A stretch of 64,000 bases of DNA. Source: Tubulanus polymorphus. Lineage: Eukaryota > Animalia > Nemertea. Below are positions 1 through 10,952 of the stretch, piece after piece; position 1 is the first letter of the stretch; the number at the start of each line of letters is the position of its first letter. The translations under genes and the position numbers were made by a program. The stretch covers positions 2,170,001 to 2,234,000 of the forward strand of contig NC_134031.1 of assembly GCF_964204645.1 (NCBI RefSeq). The letters are read 5' to 3'. Under the pieces are notes generated by a model. That model did not search any database. It worked only from the letters and a program-made list of their open reading frames with translations, and was not told the origin of the DNA.

Positions 1-270
1 ATATTGATCTATCAGACATGGATTTTAACCAAGGACCTTATTGTAACTCATTTATTTCTGCCCAAACGAATTACATTCATTCGGTTTCCGGACGTTGATC
101 ACTTTTCACAACTTTTCATTACTACGATTTGCATTTTTCATTTCTATTTTCAACGAGGGATTGAGTCTAAACGGGTTTCAACATCCTTCGACGAGAAGCC
201 TACGTTATCTCTGGACATTGCTTACGTCATGAAATTTCGAGATTATGAAAAATCATTATATATTACGCAC

Positions 271-2487
271 CTCTTGACATAAATTGGGATTCAGATTGGC
301 ACAAGGTATTTTGGCTCCGCCACTAGTGCGGAAATTAAAACCTATCAAAATAGAATACATAATCGTTAGTCCACATGAATTTAACACGGTACCGAATGCA
401 TCCACATTCAGTAACGGATTTCTCCTTGAGGCATAATTTATAGACGTACCTAGGTTTTTTAACCCTTGGCAGACCTTCTTCGACGAGTAACCCTTAGTGT
501 TGCATCCCTTATTTAGACCATTAAAAATTAAGATCGGTACCACTAACGCGGACGTTAGAATTATCCACAAAAATTGAAAGACGTACGCAAAAATTATATT
601 CTGAAAACAGAAAATATTATCTTTATGAATTATTGTGGACGAAATGCTGTTGTATATAGACTCAAATGTCTGGGATACGCCTCGAGTACTTACGAGTACG
701 ATACAGAAACTGTTGAAACGATTGCTGCAAGTACTTTTACAGCATTTATCTCTGGTCGCTCCACATGACAGGATCGCTATCAACATGTACCAGACATCCA
801 AACCGAGCAGTACCACCCATGCGATAGCGACTACGCGTGTTGTGCTGAAAAAAGAAGGAAATAACATTGGAAACATTCAAATTCTGATCCCTGTTTGGTA
901 GGCCTATTCAAACAGAAAAATGACTTAGTATCTTTTTGAGTTTTTTCTTCCTTATACCATTTCTTTGTAGTAATGTATAGTAATGTTTCATCCGAATGAA
1001 AACAGATTCTGTATTATATATTGAATTCTTTTTTTTAAATATATCGTTCGATAAAATACGCAGTTTCATAAGTGCACCCAGCAGAAAAAAAAACACTCCA
1101 ATTTGCGCAGATGTGAAGTAAAGAACAAACGCGAAACGCGTGTTATCAAATGTGCGTAGAAAGCATGATGTATTTGATATAGTATAACGGTTCGAGTGCA
1201 ATTGTTTTGCCCGCATTAAAACGTTCAATGCGCACACGGTGTAACAAAATCGCGTAGAAAACAGTTGTTGCAACAAGGAGTCCGGTGGTGCAGCAATACA
1301 CCCTGCAGTAATTCACTTTTTAACCAATTTTGTATATGTCACGTCATGCAGTGACGCTCGCTGATTGGTTATTCGGCCGTGGGTATTTTGCGAAACACAA
1401 AACATCCAACGGACACGGGACGAAAAATGTTGTTTTCGACGACACGGATCAAGCAGTGCTTGTTTCGCAGAAATGTTTTTCTGTTCGGCGTTATCTGTTT
1501 TAGCTTAAACACACACGCGGCGGGCTTAGAAAGCATGTATATTTAATATACGTGGAGCGAAATCGAGACAGAAATAAGCCGCAGAATTACGTATAATAAA
1601 ATAAGACAAAGTGCCATTGTAGAATGTATCGTGCACTCAGAGTTAGAGAACAGAGCATACGTTTAAAACCTACTACGATATTCAAATTCATAGGATTTAA
1701 AATGTAATCTATTAATCGAGCATTTAAAACAAAACACAGCGTTACGTCATGGCGTTCGCCTTCGTCACACCTGGGCCCAGTTTCACGAAAAAGCCTAAAA
1801 CGGTTAAGTTTGAATTATTTTCCTCATTGAAAACATGAAGTAACCTATGGCAATTACACCAAAGGTTTAAGTTAAATTTGTTTTGTGAAACTGGACCCTG
1901 GGGCCGGTTGCATAGTCATGGCTTAGACTCAAGACCAGTCTAAGACCAACTTTGTTCTATAGCCAATCTAACAATCTAGGACCAGTCTCAAGACCACTTT
2001 TAAGTCACAACTGTGCGACTGGCCCCTGGTCTCTAGAGAGAGGCCGAAACGTCGTGTCATTTTTTCATGATACCGTCGCTTCGTAAATCCAGAAAGAATA
2101 AATACGCCATACAAAACGCCTCTTATCTTCCTCCATCCCAACGGATTCTATTCCATACCTAATTATTTATTAATACATTTCATGCTACAAGCATGTTAAT
2201 GTGAAAACATACCCAAAACTGATATTGATTTGTCATAAGGGACCCAAATGAACTGAAAAAAAAATAGATATGGGGTATGCCCTACTGCCAGAAGTATGTT
2301 TGGGCATCCCAGGGTTAAACTTGAAATGCCATTGACCTACTTACTAATACAGATTCAGATATTCTTCGATCGCATTTTGATTTTCCATGACTCCTTCCGT
2401 AAAGAACATCACGCCTATTATATTCATAATAACCGCAATGAGAGTGACCCACGGAATACTCCGACATACCTCCAAACAGGAACCCAT
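271..2487 (-). CDS. M6: Myelin proteolipid (PLP/DM20/M6) family tetraspan protein, paralog 1; 3' end lies beyond the left edge of the window
   Basis: Phase-consistent GT-AG exons: 2487-2345 (MGSCLEVCRSIPWVTLIAVIMNIIGVMFF.., like the PLP N-terminus C..P..TM1), 844-694 (TM2 + ILSCGATRDKCC, like M6 'ATGATR'), 600-450 (TM3 + C..C loop), 341-271 (GFNFRTSGGAKIPCANLNPNLCQE). TM4 exon not found in the window. Confidence 0.85.
1774..1897. mobile_element. Non-autonomous Harbinger-like MITE (family B), CTG-flanked
   Basis: TIR GGCCCAGTTTCAC..GTGAAACTGGACC, CTG on both sides; close copy at 50969-51098. Confidence 0.75.
1901..2025. mobile_element. Non-autonomous Harbinger-like MITE (family A), CTG-flanked
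   Basis: TIR GGGCCGGTTGCA..TGCGACTGGCCC with internal AAGACCAGTC repeats; copies at 9404-9541 and 53986-54128, degenerate copies near 10612-10705 and 22140-22260. Confidence 0.75.
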
Positions 2488-3066
2488 CTCGGAACCCTTC
2501 CTTATACTCGTAATCAAATGGATTCTAAAATCGACACGGATCGAACGTTGTTGTTGAACGATTGGTTTGCAGTGGAGTAGCCCAGATTGCCAGCCGTCCG
2601 GATATCATGTTCGGCGGCGGCGTCATGGCATCCGCTTTGCTGCAACAGCTGAGGAAAAATGTATTTTTTATCGAACGTTTATTTCATTAAAAAAAAGAGA
2701 AATCGAAACACATTCAATTAATTAAGACTGCAATCAAATTTAGATCAAATTAAGGGTGCCGAATTTGGAAAACCTATATAAAAAATGAGTATAGAAAGCA
2801 CGGCGGACAGCGAAGAAATTGTTATCTTATATGCAGAAAAAACTTTTCTTAAGGGTAGCTCCAATTTCGATTCTTTTTCATTAAAAGTTATAAATTTTGT
2901 ATGAGATTTAAATCCGTCAATGTCGAATCTAGTCGTTACGCTCTTCTTTAATGTATTCGTCGGAAGTATTTGATCTAAAATAGATGGCATCCGGCGCTTC
3001 TGAACCAAACCCGAACATCCTTTATCGCGCTCTCACCCTCTATCTAACAGACGATCGAAGCTGAAT

Positions 3067-3080
3067 GTTTCCATGGTAAC
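3067..3080. promoter_or_regulatory. RFX X-box in the divergent promoter between M6 paralog 1 and the DUF3987-like gene
   Basis: GTTTCCATGGTAAC matches the X-box consensus GTTNCCATGGNAAC; an ATGGCG (YY1-like) motif follows; position lies between two head-to-head genes. Confidence 0.55.
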
Positions 3081-3441
3081 ACAAGATGATGGCGCCCGCT
3101 CTAGTTCTGTATAATCTAGAATCTAGCGTATACAATATAGACTGAGCGTTCTGAATAGACATCGATTTTCGAGCACGCATTCATACGCGGGACGGGGACG
3201 TAGTGTGTCTACATTATATGCATATATATTTATAGATCTAATATGTAAATATATAGCTATATATATAGATATACTCGCGAGTATTTGTATAAATATTGTA
3301 TATTATAGTATAGCCATGCTGTATATACGAGACTGAACAGTCATCGTATGATCCACGCAAAAGGTACGTAGTGCGATTTTACGTTCATTATGACTAATCT
3401 TGTGAAACATAAATCTGATTTTCTACAATTTTATCATATAG

Positions 3442-5757
3442 ATGGATTCCAATATTGCACTCGATTTGGGTGAAGTTTGTGACGGTAACATGATGAAATT
3501 AGTGACGTCTTTGGCCAGTAATTTCGGAGTCGCTGATGAGTATATTTTCTACCCGTTGTTGTCATGCGTCGGAGCCGTCCTCGGCAGGACACAAATTCGC
3601 GTGAACGAAACTTGGACTGAAAAGTGCTGTGTTTGGCTAGCAGTGGGTACGTAAAGGCTTCATTACATTTCTATCCAAAATTGTTCCAATATTTAATTCG
3701 AAAAATAGCTTACGTGATGTTTTGGACTGGCAAGAAATCTGAATGTATTGGATTTTTTCGATATTTTTATGGGCTTTTAAGGCCAACAGACAACTCAAAA
3801 TGAATTAATATTTTCCTGCGCTGAGTGGTTTAGTTGGAGATTTCCTATTTTTTCATGTTTACGAAAAGCCATTCCTCATATTTTGGCATTTTCCGTCCCA
3901 CGTTTCATAATGCCGTATGTCTGCTTATGATCTATTGCAGGGTCTCAGCGCGGCTCAAGAAAAACTAGCGTCCTTTCACATTTCACGAAAATCCTTCGAC
4001 GAGAAATCGTTACGAGATCGACACCAGATGGCGCTCAATTACCGACAGGAAGTGGCATTCTTCGAGATTACATGGACGCATGTGAATTGGAAAGTTTCTA
4101 CAAGTCGAACCCGCCGTGCGCGATCTCACTTTTCGAAGATGGTCACGCGGCTTTTAAAATGTTCGAACTCGATAAAAAACCGCGTAATAAGATAAATCTG
4201 GAACGATTCCACGACGCGGAACATTTCGAAACGGATCTCTGCCCCGTTTATAATATATTCGCATTCATCGGTGACGATATCGTGAATTTCTTCGAGCGAT
4301 CGGAAAATCCGTTGTGGGACCGATTTGTATTCACATCGCCGCGCGAGAAGACTTTTTTCGCTGGCGATTTTAAAGTCCCCATCGCTACGAATACTCCAGA
4401 TCTCAGCGCAGTATTGAAGATGCTTTACGACAGGCACTGCCCGGCGGCTGACCAGTCTTCCCTCACTTATACGATAGCGCCCGATACCGTCAAATACTTC
4501 CAAGAAACCTGCGACGAATTTACGAGCGCCGTCAAGACGGCGAATCACAATACGCTGAAATGTCTTTGGCGCAAATCGGCCGGTCAGTTGGTCAGATTAG
4601 CCTGTTTGTTCAAAGCGTTGCGTCAAGCTTTGAAATGCGTCGTCTACAAGGAAGAGCCTGTCGTCTGGCCGACTGAAATCACAACCGAGGATTTTTACGC
4701 GGCTAAGTTGCTAGTAGTTCATAGCGTCAATACGATATCGTCGATATTAATGCTCGATATCGTTCGACAAACATCGTCAGAGTTTAGAACGCCGTCTATC
4801 GAACTAGAAACAGGAAGTCGGGCTAAAAAGCGACGTTTCGAAACGACGAGAGGCAATAATACGATGATCGATGGTGATATCGCCGCCATAGCGATAAAAG
4901 AGGAACCGTTGGACGGGCTGGAACTAGCAATAGCGCTTAGTCACCACGCGAAACAAACGACGCCTTCGACAAGAGCGAATTTACAACCGACCGGCGTCAA
5001 ATACGAACGGGAAAATTCCGCCGTTAATGGAGCGTTTAATATTGCGCACATAAGCGACAGTTATGGCTGTCTGAATGCAGACGGTTCCCAGTCTCCAACC
5101 GATATTCAAACCCCGGAGGAAATGGCCGAGCGTATTTCATCGTTGAATATACCGGACGTCGTAAACGGTTTGGACCAGCAGCCCGTATTTCCCTGTACTA
5201 GTTTCGAACCGCCGCCGATGCGTCTACAGCCGGGTTTCTCGCATTTCGGCATGGTGCCATTCTCCGACGCGAATCCCCACACGACGATGACGCACGACGA
5301 GGCGATCGCATTCTCGAAACAGTACGCGCAGAAATTGAGGAAACTTCTCGAATTCAATTTAGACTATAGAATAACGCCGAGCGTGGCCGCGCAAAGACAT
5401 CTGATGCCGCCGTTGAGTAAAAGCGAAATGGAAATGTATAACACGCCGACGAAATATCCGGCCGCATTGGGCAAAGAATTTCTGGTCCAAGTCGGTCGGC
5501 TCGGATTCGGAACGATGGAAACCGTTACTCATCCTACGAACAAAAAGGTGTCGATGTTTTTAGAAAAGCGACCGTACTCGAAATTGGGACCGTTACAAAG
5601 GCAGATCGTTCAGAAACTGGGCATCACGGTCGACCAGTACAACGAAGCTTTCGCAAATAAGACTCACTTGCCGGTGTACGTTCCGCTGTCGACGCATTCC
5701 GGGCAGAATAACGGATCGGCCGCCGGCAGATCAACGCGATCGAACGTGAATCTATGA
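3442..5757 (+). CDS. DUF3987/YfjI-like AAA+ (helicase-related) domain protein with degenerate Walker motifs, ~673 aa
   Basis: Exons 3442-3646 (donor GTACGT) and 3941-5757 (acceptor TTGCAG) join in frame; upstream non-coding exon ends at 3363. Motifs recalled from the family: PLLSCVGAVLG..IRVNETWTEKCCVWLAVGSQRGSRKTSVL (Walker A region), AISLFEDG (Walker B region), LWDRFVF (Arg-finger region), KSAGQLVRLACLF (sensor-2-like helix). Then a low-complexity linker and a C-terminal globular domain. Confidence 0.75.
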
Positions 5758-6581
5758 GTTACAGGGCTGATAACCGATGAAACTGCTGCTGCTGCCGCTG
5801 CTGCGGGGGTTTGATTCGGCTAACAAGCCATTGATCCGCGGTGAATCCCGGCGGGAATTGTATCGTCGTGGTGAGAATTAGGTTTGATCGGAAATTGAAA
5901 TTGATTTCTCTATGATTTTCCGCGAGATGACGAGGAGCCTCGCAAATATAGATACGTTTTCCTTCCGCCTTTTGTTCGTTTCTATGAGCGGAGAGCATCT
6001 CGAACCACTCCGAATATTGGATATAGATCGCGCGCGCCTTTCGAACCCGCAAGAAATGAACACACAACATAAACACGGCTCATTTCGCTGGCTGCATCAG
6101 CCTGACGGCGCGCTGACCTGCGCTATAGTCTGGAGAACAGACGATCATATTGAAGTTCTTCGGAAGATCTATTCCATGAACATGTCACTTTCTATAATTC
6201 AAATGGAGAAAAATCCCACAAACTATGATAGTAGTGAAATTCGACGTTTCCTTTTCGTTTGCCTAGTTACGTAGATTGCTCTTACATGTTGAACTTCAAG
6301 TCTCTTGCTGAACAGGAAACTAGAATGGAAATCTCTTTCTAGATGCTACACTATAGGCTGGCTGGCTGGATCCAATCTCTCGCTAGTCGACCAAACAGGA
6401 AGAAATAAAGCTATCAAAAATAACTCTATAAATCAGTCGTTTATCGATAGAAAAGAGTATATATATAATCAGACATTTATTTTTTGTTTTATACACGTAT
6501 CAAATAAAGTAGAAAATTTCGAATAAAATTAGACAACATTTTACACACACGAACACTCGTCATATACAATTATCTGTAAAT

Positions 6582-9500
6582 TTACACTCTACGATTGGTG
6601 GAAAAAGCCGGGGAATCCTTGGCGTCGACGTCATAACGGTTCGGGTTGCTTTTGTAGATCATTTCGTAGTCGCCACCGCCGTCGTTGTCCCCAAGGTCGT
6701 TGCGCCAGAACACATAATTGGCACTAAATGCCATTGCGATGATGAGCTGAAAGATACGGACATTGAGAATTGAGAATCGTTTTTTGCATCTCTACCGTTA
6801 TACGATTAGGTTTGCTATCCTAAAAGCAGCGGTAAAGACATATTGATGTTTCGACTCCCTTAAGCCCAATGCACACTGAGTAGGAAAGCAGGGAAACATG
6901 ACACAGAAACATGTTTCCGGGTGTTTTCCTGTGTCGTGTGCGTTTACGAGAAACGAGAGAAACACGGTTTCCCGAAACAATGTTTCCGAGATCTAACATT
7001 TAGTTTGTTTCCGGTGTTTCCCTGCATCGTGTGCGTTGGGCTTTTTATGAATTACGAATTAATTTAATGGATTATTAACTGTTGTAACGATAACAGAGAA
7101 TCCCAAACTCAGAATACAAAAAAAACGACTCAGAAAAGGGTTTTTCTTAAGGTACGTAATGGTGAATCTAAGAATACTGGAGGATCCCGCAGTCCAGAAT
7201 GAATACAGTCCCTTCGGCAATTTGATTTCGAAACCTGATAGATTTAGCTTTTATCTTATCGTCGTTTTCTATATTTGCTCACTACGTCGTGTCTCGGAGT
7301 GAATCTACTCTCCGAGACACTCTTTACTCATCGCATTCTCATTTCAGTAATAAAAGCATTCGTTATGAAAGGATTTTTGTTTTGTTGTTCTCTATACTGC
7401 GCACACAATACCAGCTCACCAGAGAGTGGTTCTCCTATACACCCGAGCCTTTTTCGCCGACTCTTTAGCCAGCCGAAAAAAGTGCCGAGAAAGATGAAGA
7501 TTATACTATGTAGGGAGTAGCTGGCGGAGAATGCATCAAAGATCTTTAAACAACTGGTGCGGATAATATTCGATCGAGCAGACGCTTTTCGCTAATAAGA
7601 CGGGCGCTAGCATAGCGGAAGACCCGATTATACGAGGCATCGCGGGCTCGGAAATTATTTCCTTTAAATATTTATCGAACTAGCGGAGCGTCGGTTTTAC
7701 GAAGGAATTCATAATCCACGAAAACAATTTCTAATCGAAGTTGTTCGTCACTAATACTGGCAATGCTTTGATTCCAAAATTTCTTCCCCTTGCCAATCTA
7801 GTTATGAACCGATGGTGTTATCATTATTTGTCACAATTTCTATTCCCGTAAATAAAGATGAGAAACTTTCATTTATAGAATGAATTGACGTCATAAGGAG
7901 ATTTCATAGAGGCGTCCATGTTTTCTGGTGGAGCTTATAAGGGAGGAAGTCGATTTTTTGACTCGGAAAAAACTGAAGGGGTTCTGTGCGAGTCGATGTG
8001 CACTACGTCATCGATATTGGTACATGTATTTCGAAATAATAATAACAATTGTGAATTTTGGCGTTTAACTCTTAATTAGATATATTTCATAACTCTCTAA
8101 ATTTTAAAAATAAATTTTAATAACTATTTCTAAGAGGGTGTGCACTACGTCATCAAGCGGGACTAGACTGGTTGCCAGTGGTTTTTTTCTATTTCTGATA
8201 ATACTCACCAGGCTGACGCAAGAGGCAAACGAACCCGCGGCTATACTAAGACCAGATATATATGAAACATCAGTCTGAAACAATCAATGAAAAATCATTA
8301 CTACATTTTTGCCTGCGCGGTGTCTTTTTCTACGCTCGATTTGACTCGGAATCTCAGTAGCGAATATTAGTTCACTTTCGATCAGAAAAGATCGTTATCC
8401 GTGGTCGGTTGTCTATCATAGTAAAGTCTTTTTAAAGTTCTTTTTCTACTTACTCGATTACACAAAGCTAACTGGTCGCATTCGATTTGTGAAAAATTGC
8501 GGAAACCTAAAATAGAGAAATATACACTTCAATCAAGTAAGGAACCACGACCCGGTTCCACAGTTAACTCATTGTAAAATGTTAACTCTAACTAACAACT
8601 GGATCCAGTTTTGAACATTTTTTATTTGATCAATAAAATGTTTACCCATTTCTAACCATTCTTAGATTCGCGCATAAAAACTCCTTTAGAAACGGGTAAA
8701 AACATCAAGTGACTACCAATAAACTCACTAAGTAACCATCTCATATCTCCGAACAGGGAATAATGTTTCTTATGAAATGAAATCTGAAACTGCTCCCGGC
8801 GTGGAGGTTTTAACGCTCACCGCTTTTTGTTAGATGTGCGCAGACGTCGTTCTGTGTACCGGTGAGGCAGAGTCTCTTGACGGTCCAGAAAGTTAATCCT
8901 ACCAGTACGCTGATACCGAACAGACCTAACCAAGCGATGTTCAATAGAAATCCGACTACCAGGTTCTAAAATGTTAAAAAGATAGTCGTTTTTTTTCTAA
9001 ATTCCTCTCAACCGATCTAGGTTTGCTTATATGAGCTACTTTCATTTTGCATGCTGATTTATTATAAACTAATACACAATTTCAAACTGTTTTCTAAGAC
9101 GTGTAATCTGCGATCTAAATAAATACAATCAAAAGTGTGTTTAGTCTGTATAAGCCCACTAACTGATACACATAAACATGTTGAATTTTTGCGAGAATTT
9201 TTACGAACGAAATATGCAACGGGTCCTGGTGGGTTTTTCCATGCATTACATGTATACAAATAAGAATTGCGTCAATTTTGGGAGGGGGCAAATATTCTTG
9301 TTTTATATAGAGGTTTTGCACGTGATTTCATAAGTTTGCTTGCCAACCAGTGCTGGAGACTCGCCATAAACATGATACGCGCGTAACAACAAAAGATAAT
9401 CAGGGGCCGGTTGCATAGTCATGACTTCGATTTAAGACCAGTTTAAGACCAACTAAGTTCTAAAGCCAATCTAACAACTTAAGACCAGTCTTAAGATTTA

Positions 9501-10952
9501 AGACCACTTTTGGACTCAAGTCACGACTGTGCAACTGGCCCCTGAGGATTTGAAATATTTCAAAAGGCTGCCGTGTATATCACTAATTGACGGGCGTAGT
9601 CGCTTCGAAAAAGCGCATGGCTACAAGACTCTACACGTACATAGGCCTTTTTATGAACCAGCAAAATCGAAATAGATTAGCTATTTAGATTATATAGCCG
9701 ATTAGTGTCAATAAGCATAACCGGGTATGTTGGTTGATAAAAACGCCAGGTAGAAATTATTCAATTATGGCCTACTCAGCAGCGACTTCTACCGAGAACA
9801 CCATATCGGTTGGATTAGATAATCGGCATACTTGCTCGCCGAGCGAGTATGCTGAGTATGCTAATCGATTATGATAACCAATGTTCATAAAAATGACGGA
9901 TTATGACATAATCCATGCTCATAAAAACGTTTTGCATACTCGAATATACTAATCGAGTGTTCATAAAAAGGCCTTTAGATGGTTGTCATTTTTGGGAGGT
10001 GGGACGACTGACCGTTTGAAATACATACCCTTATGACGCAGAAACATTCGCAACAAGACACGAAGAAACATCCGCCGTTCGCCAAACACAGGGACGCTAT
10101 ACAAGTCCATACGTCATAAACACCCATCGTAGCGCATATAGCCGCTACCGCGATCAACGTACTAAAAATACGATATATCCAATTGCATTTTAAAAGCGTT
10201 ATTCGATCGTGTATACGTCACAAGTTTGAAATAATTCATTATGTTTTACATATGTTAGTTCTCGGGTGGATATGTATGTATATACATATAACATCTATAT
10301 CAGCTATCGAACGCTCTGTGGTTCTATTTTCATGAGCGCTGAAGCTGTTCTTCGGTTAAAAAAAATATTTCAACAGTATTCGACTACTTTCCGGACTTCA
10401 GGAAATGAACATTTTTTTGTGAAGTTGTTAACCTTGACTCTGAATTAACAATGGCGGGGATTCTGTTTTAAACAGTTACGTCGAACCATACGAGCCAGGT
10501 TCAGACACGGGATGCAAAATCAGAAGGATATAATTATCCATTTTCCTATTTCTGCAATCTTAGTTTGATGCAATTTTTCAAATCTTAATCAATGGGGACT
10601 AGGTCCTTACTCCGGTTGCACAATGATGGACGTCGGTCTAAAGACCAGTCAAAGGTAGATATTGGTGTACTGGCAATCTAACAACTCTAGACCAGTTTTA
10701 AGACATACTCGCACTTGAAATCGGGTCCAAATTCTTTTAAGTTTCAGTCTCTTAAAGGTTATCTAATGGCGCATTAGTCGATTACACTTACAATTCCAGG
10801 TTGAACAGTATTTCGAGTTTGTTTTTGATGTAGAAAATGGCTACAGCCACGCAGGCTACAGCGATCATGTTAATGATGGCGGCGACGACAGCTACGCACG
10901 GACATCTCTGATGACAACAGCCCAGTTTACGAAAACAACAATCTTCACCCAT
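6582..10952 (-). CDS. M6: Myelin proteolipid (PLP/DM20/M6) family tetraspan protein, paralog 2, ~240 aa
   Basis: Six phase-consistent exons: 10952-10792 (MGEDCCFRKLGCCHQRCPCVAVVAAIIN..), 10161-10029, 8965-8821 (NLVVGFLLNIAWLGLF..RLC..VCAHL), 8506-8454, 8274-8209, 6746-6582 (LIIAMAFSANYVFW..stop). Four hydrophobic segments, N-terminal Cys cluster, four Cys in the second extracellular loop; intron phases match paralog 1. Confidence 0.87.
6862..7043. mobile_element. Palindromic MITE in M6 intron
   Basis: AAGCCCAATGCACAC...GTGTGCGTTGGGCTT inverted termini with internal GGAAACA/TGTTTCC repeats. Confidence 0.6.
9404..9541. mobile_element. Harbinger-like MITE (family A)
   Basis: Near-identical to 1901-2025; flanks are CAG and CTG. 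Confidence 0.75.
9643..9974. mobile_element. MITE with TIR AGGCCTTTTTATGAAC
   Basis: AGGCCTTTTTATGAAC...GTTCATAAAAAGGCCT termini and internal TCATAAAAA / CTAATCG repeats. Confidence 0.65.

Noticed and set aside
256-876. 206-aa single ORF from the ORF track
   Set aside because: It is read-through across three M6 exons and two short introns that happen to lack stops; the spliced model fits paralog 2 better.
4126-4548. Antisense ORFs within real genes (4126-4548, 5106-5357, 32307-32848, 43176-43466)
   Set aside because: Shadow frames of GC-richer coding exons with no independent evidence.
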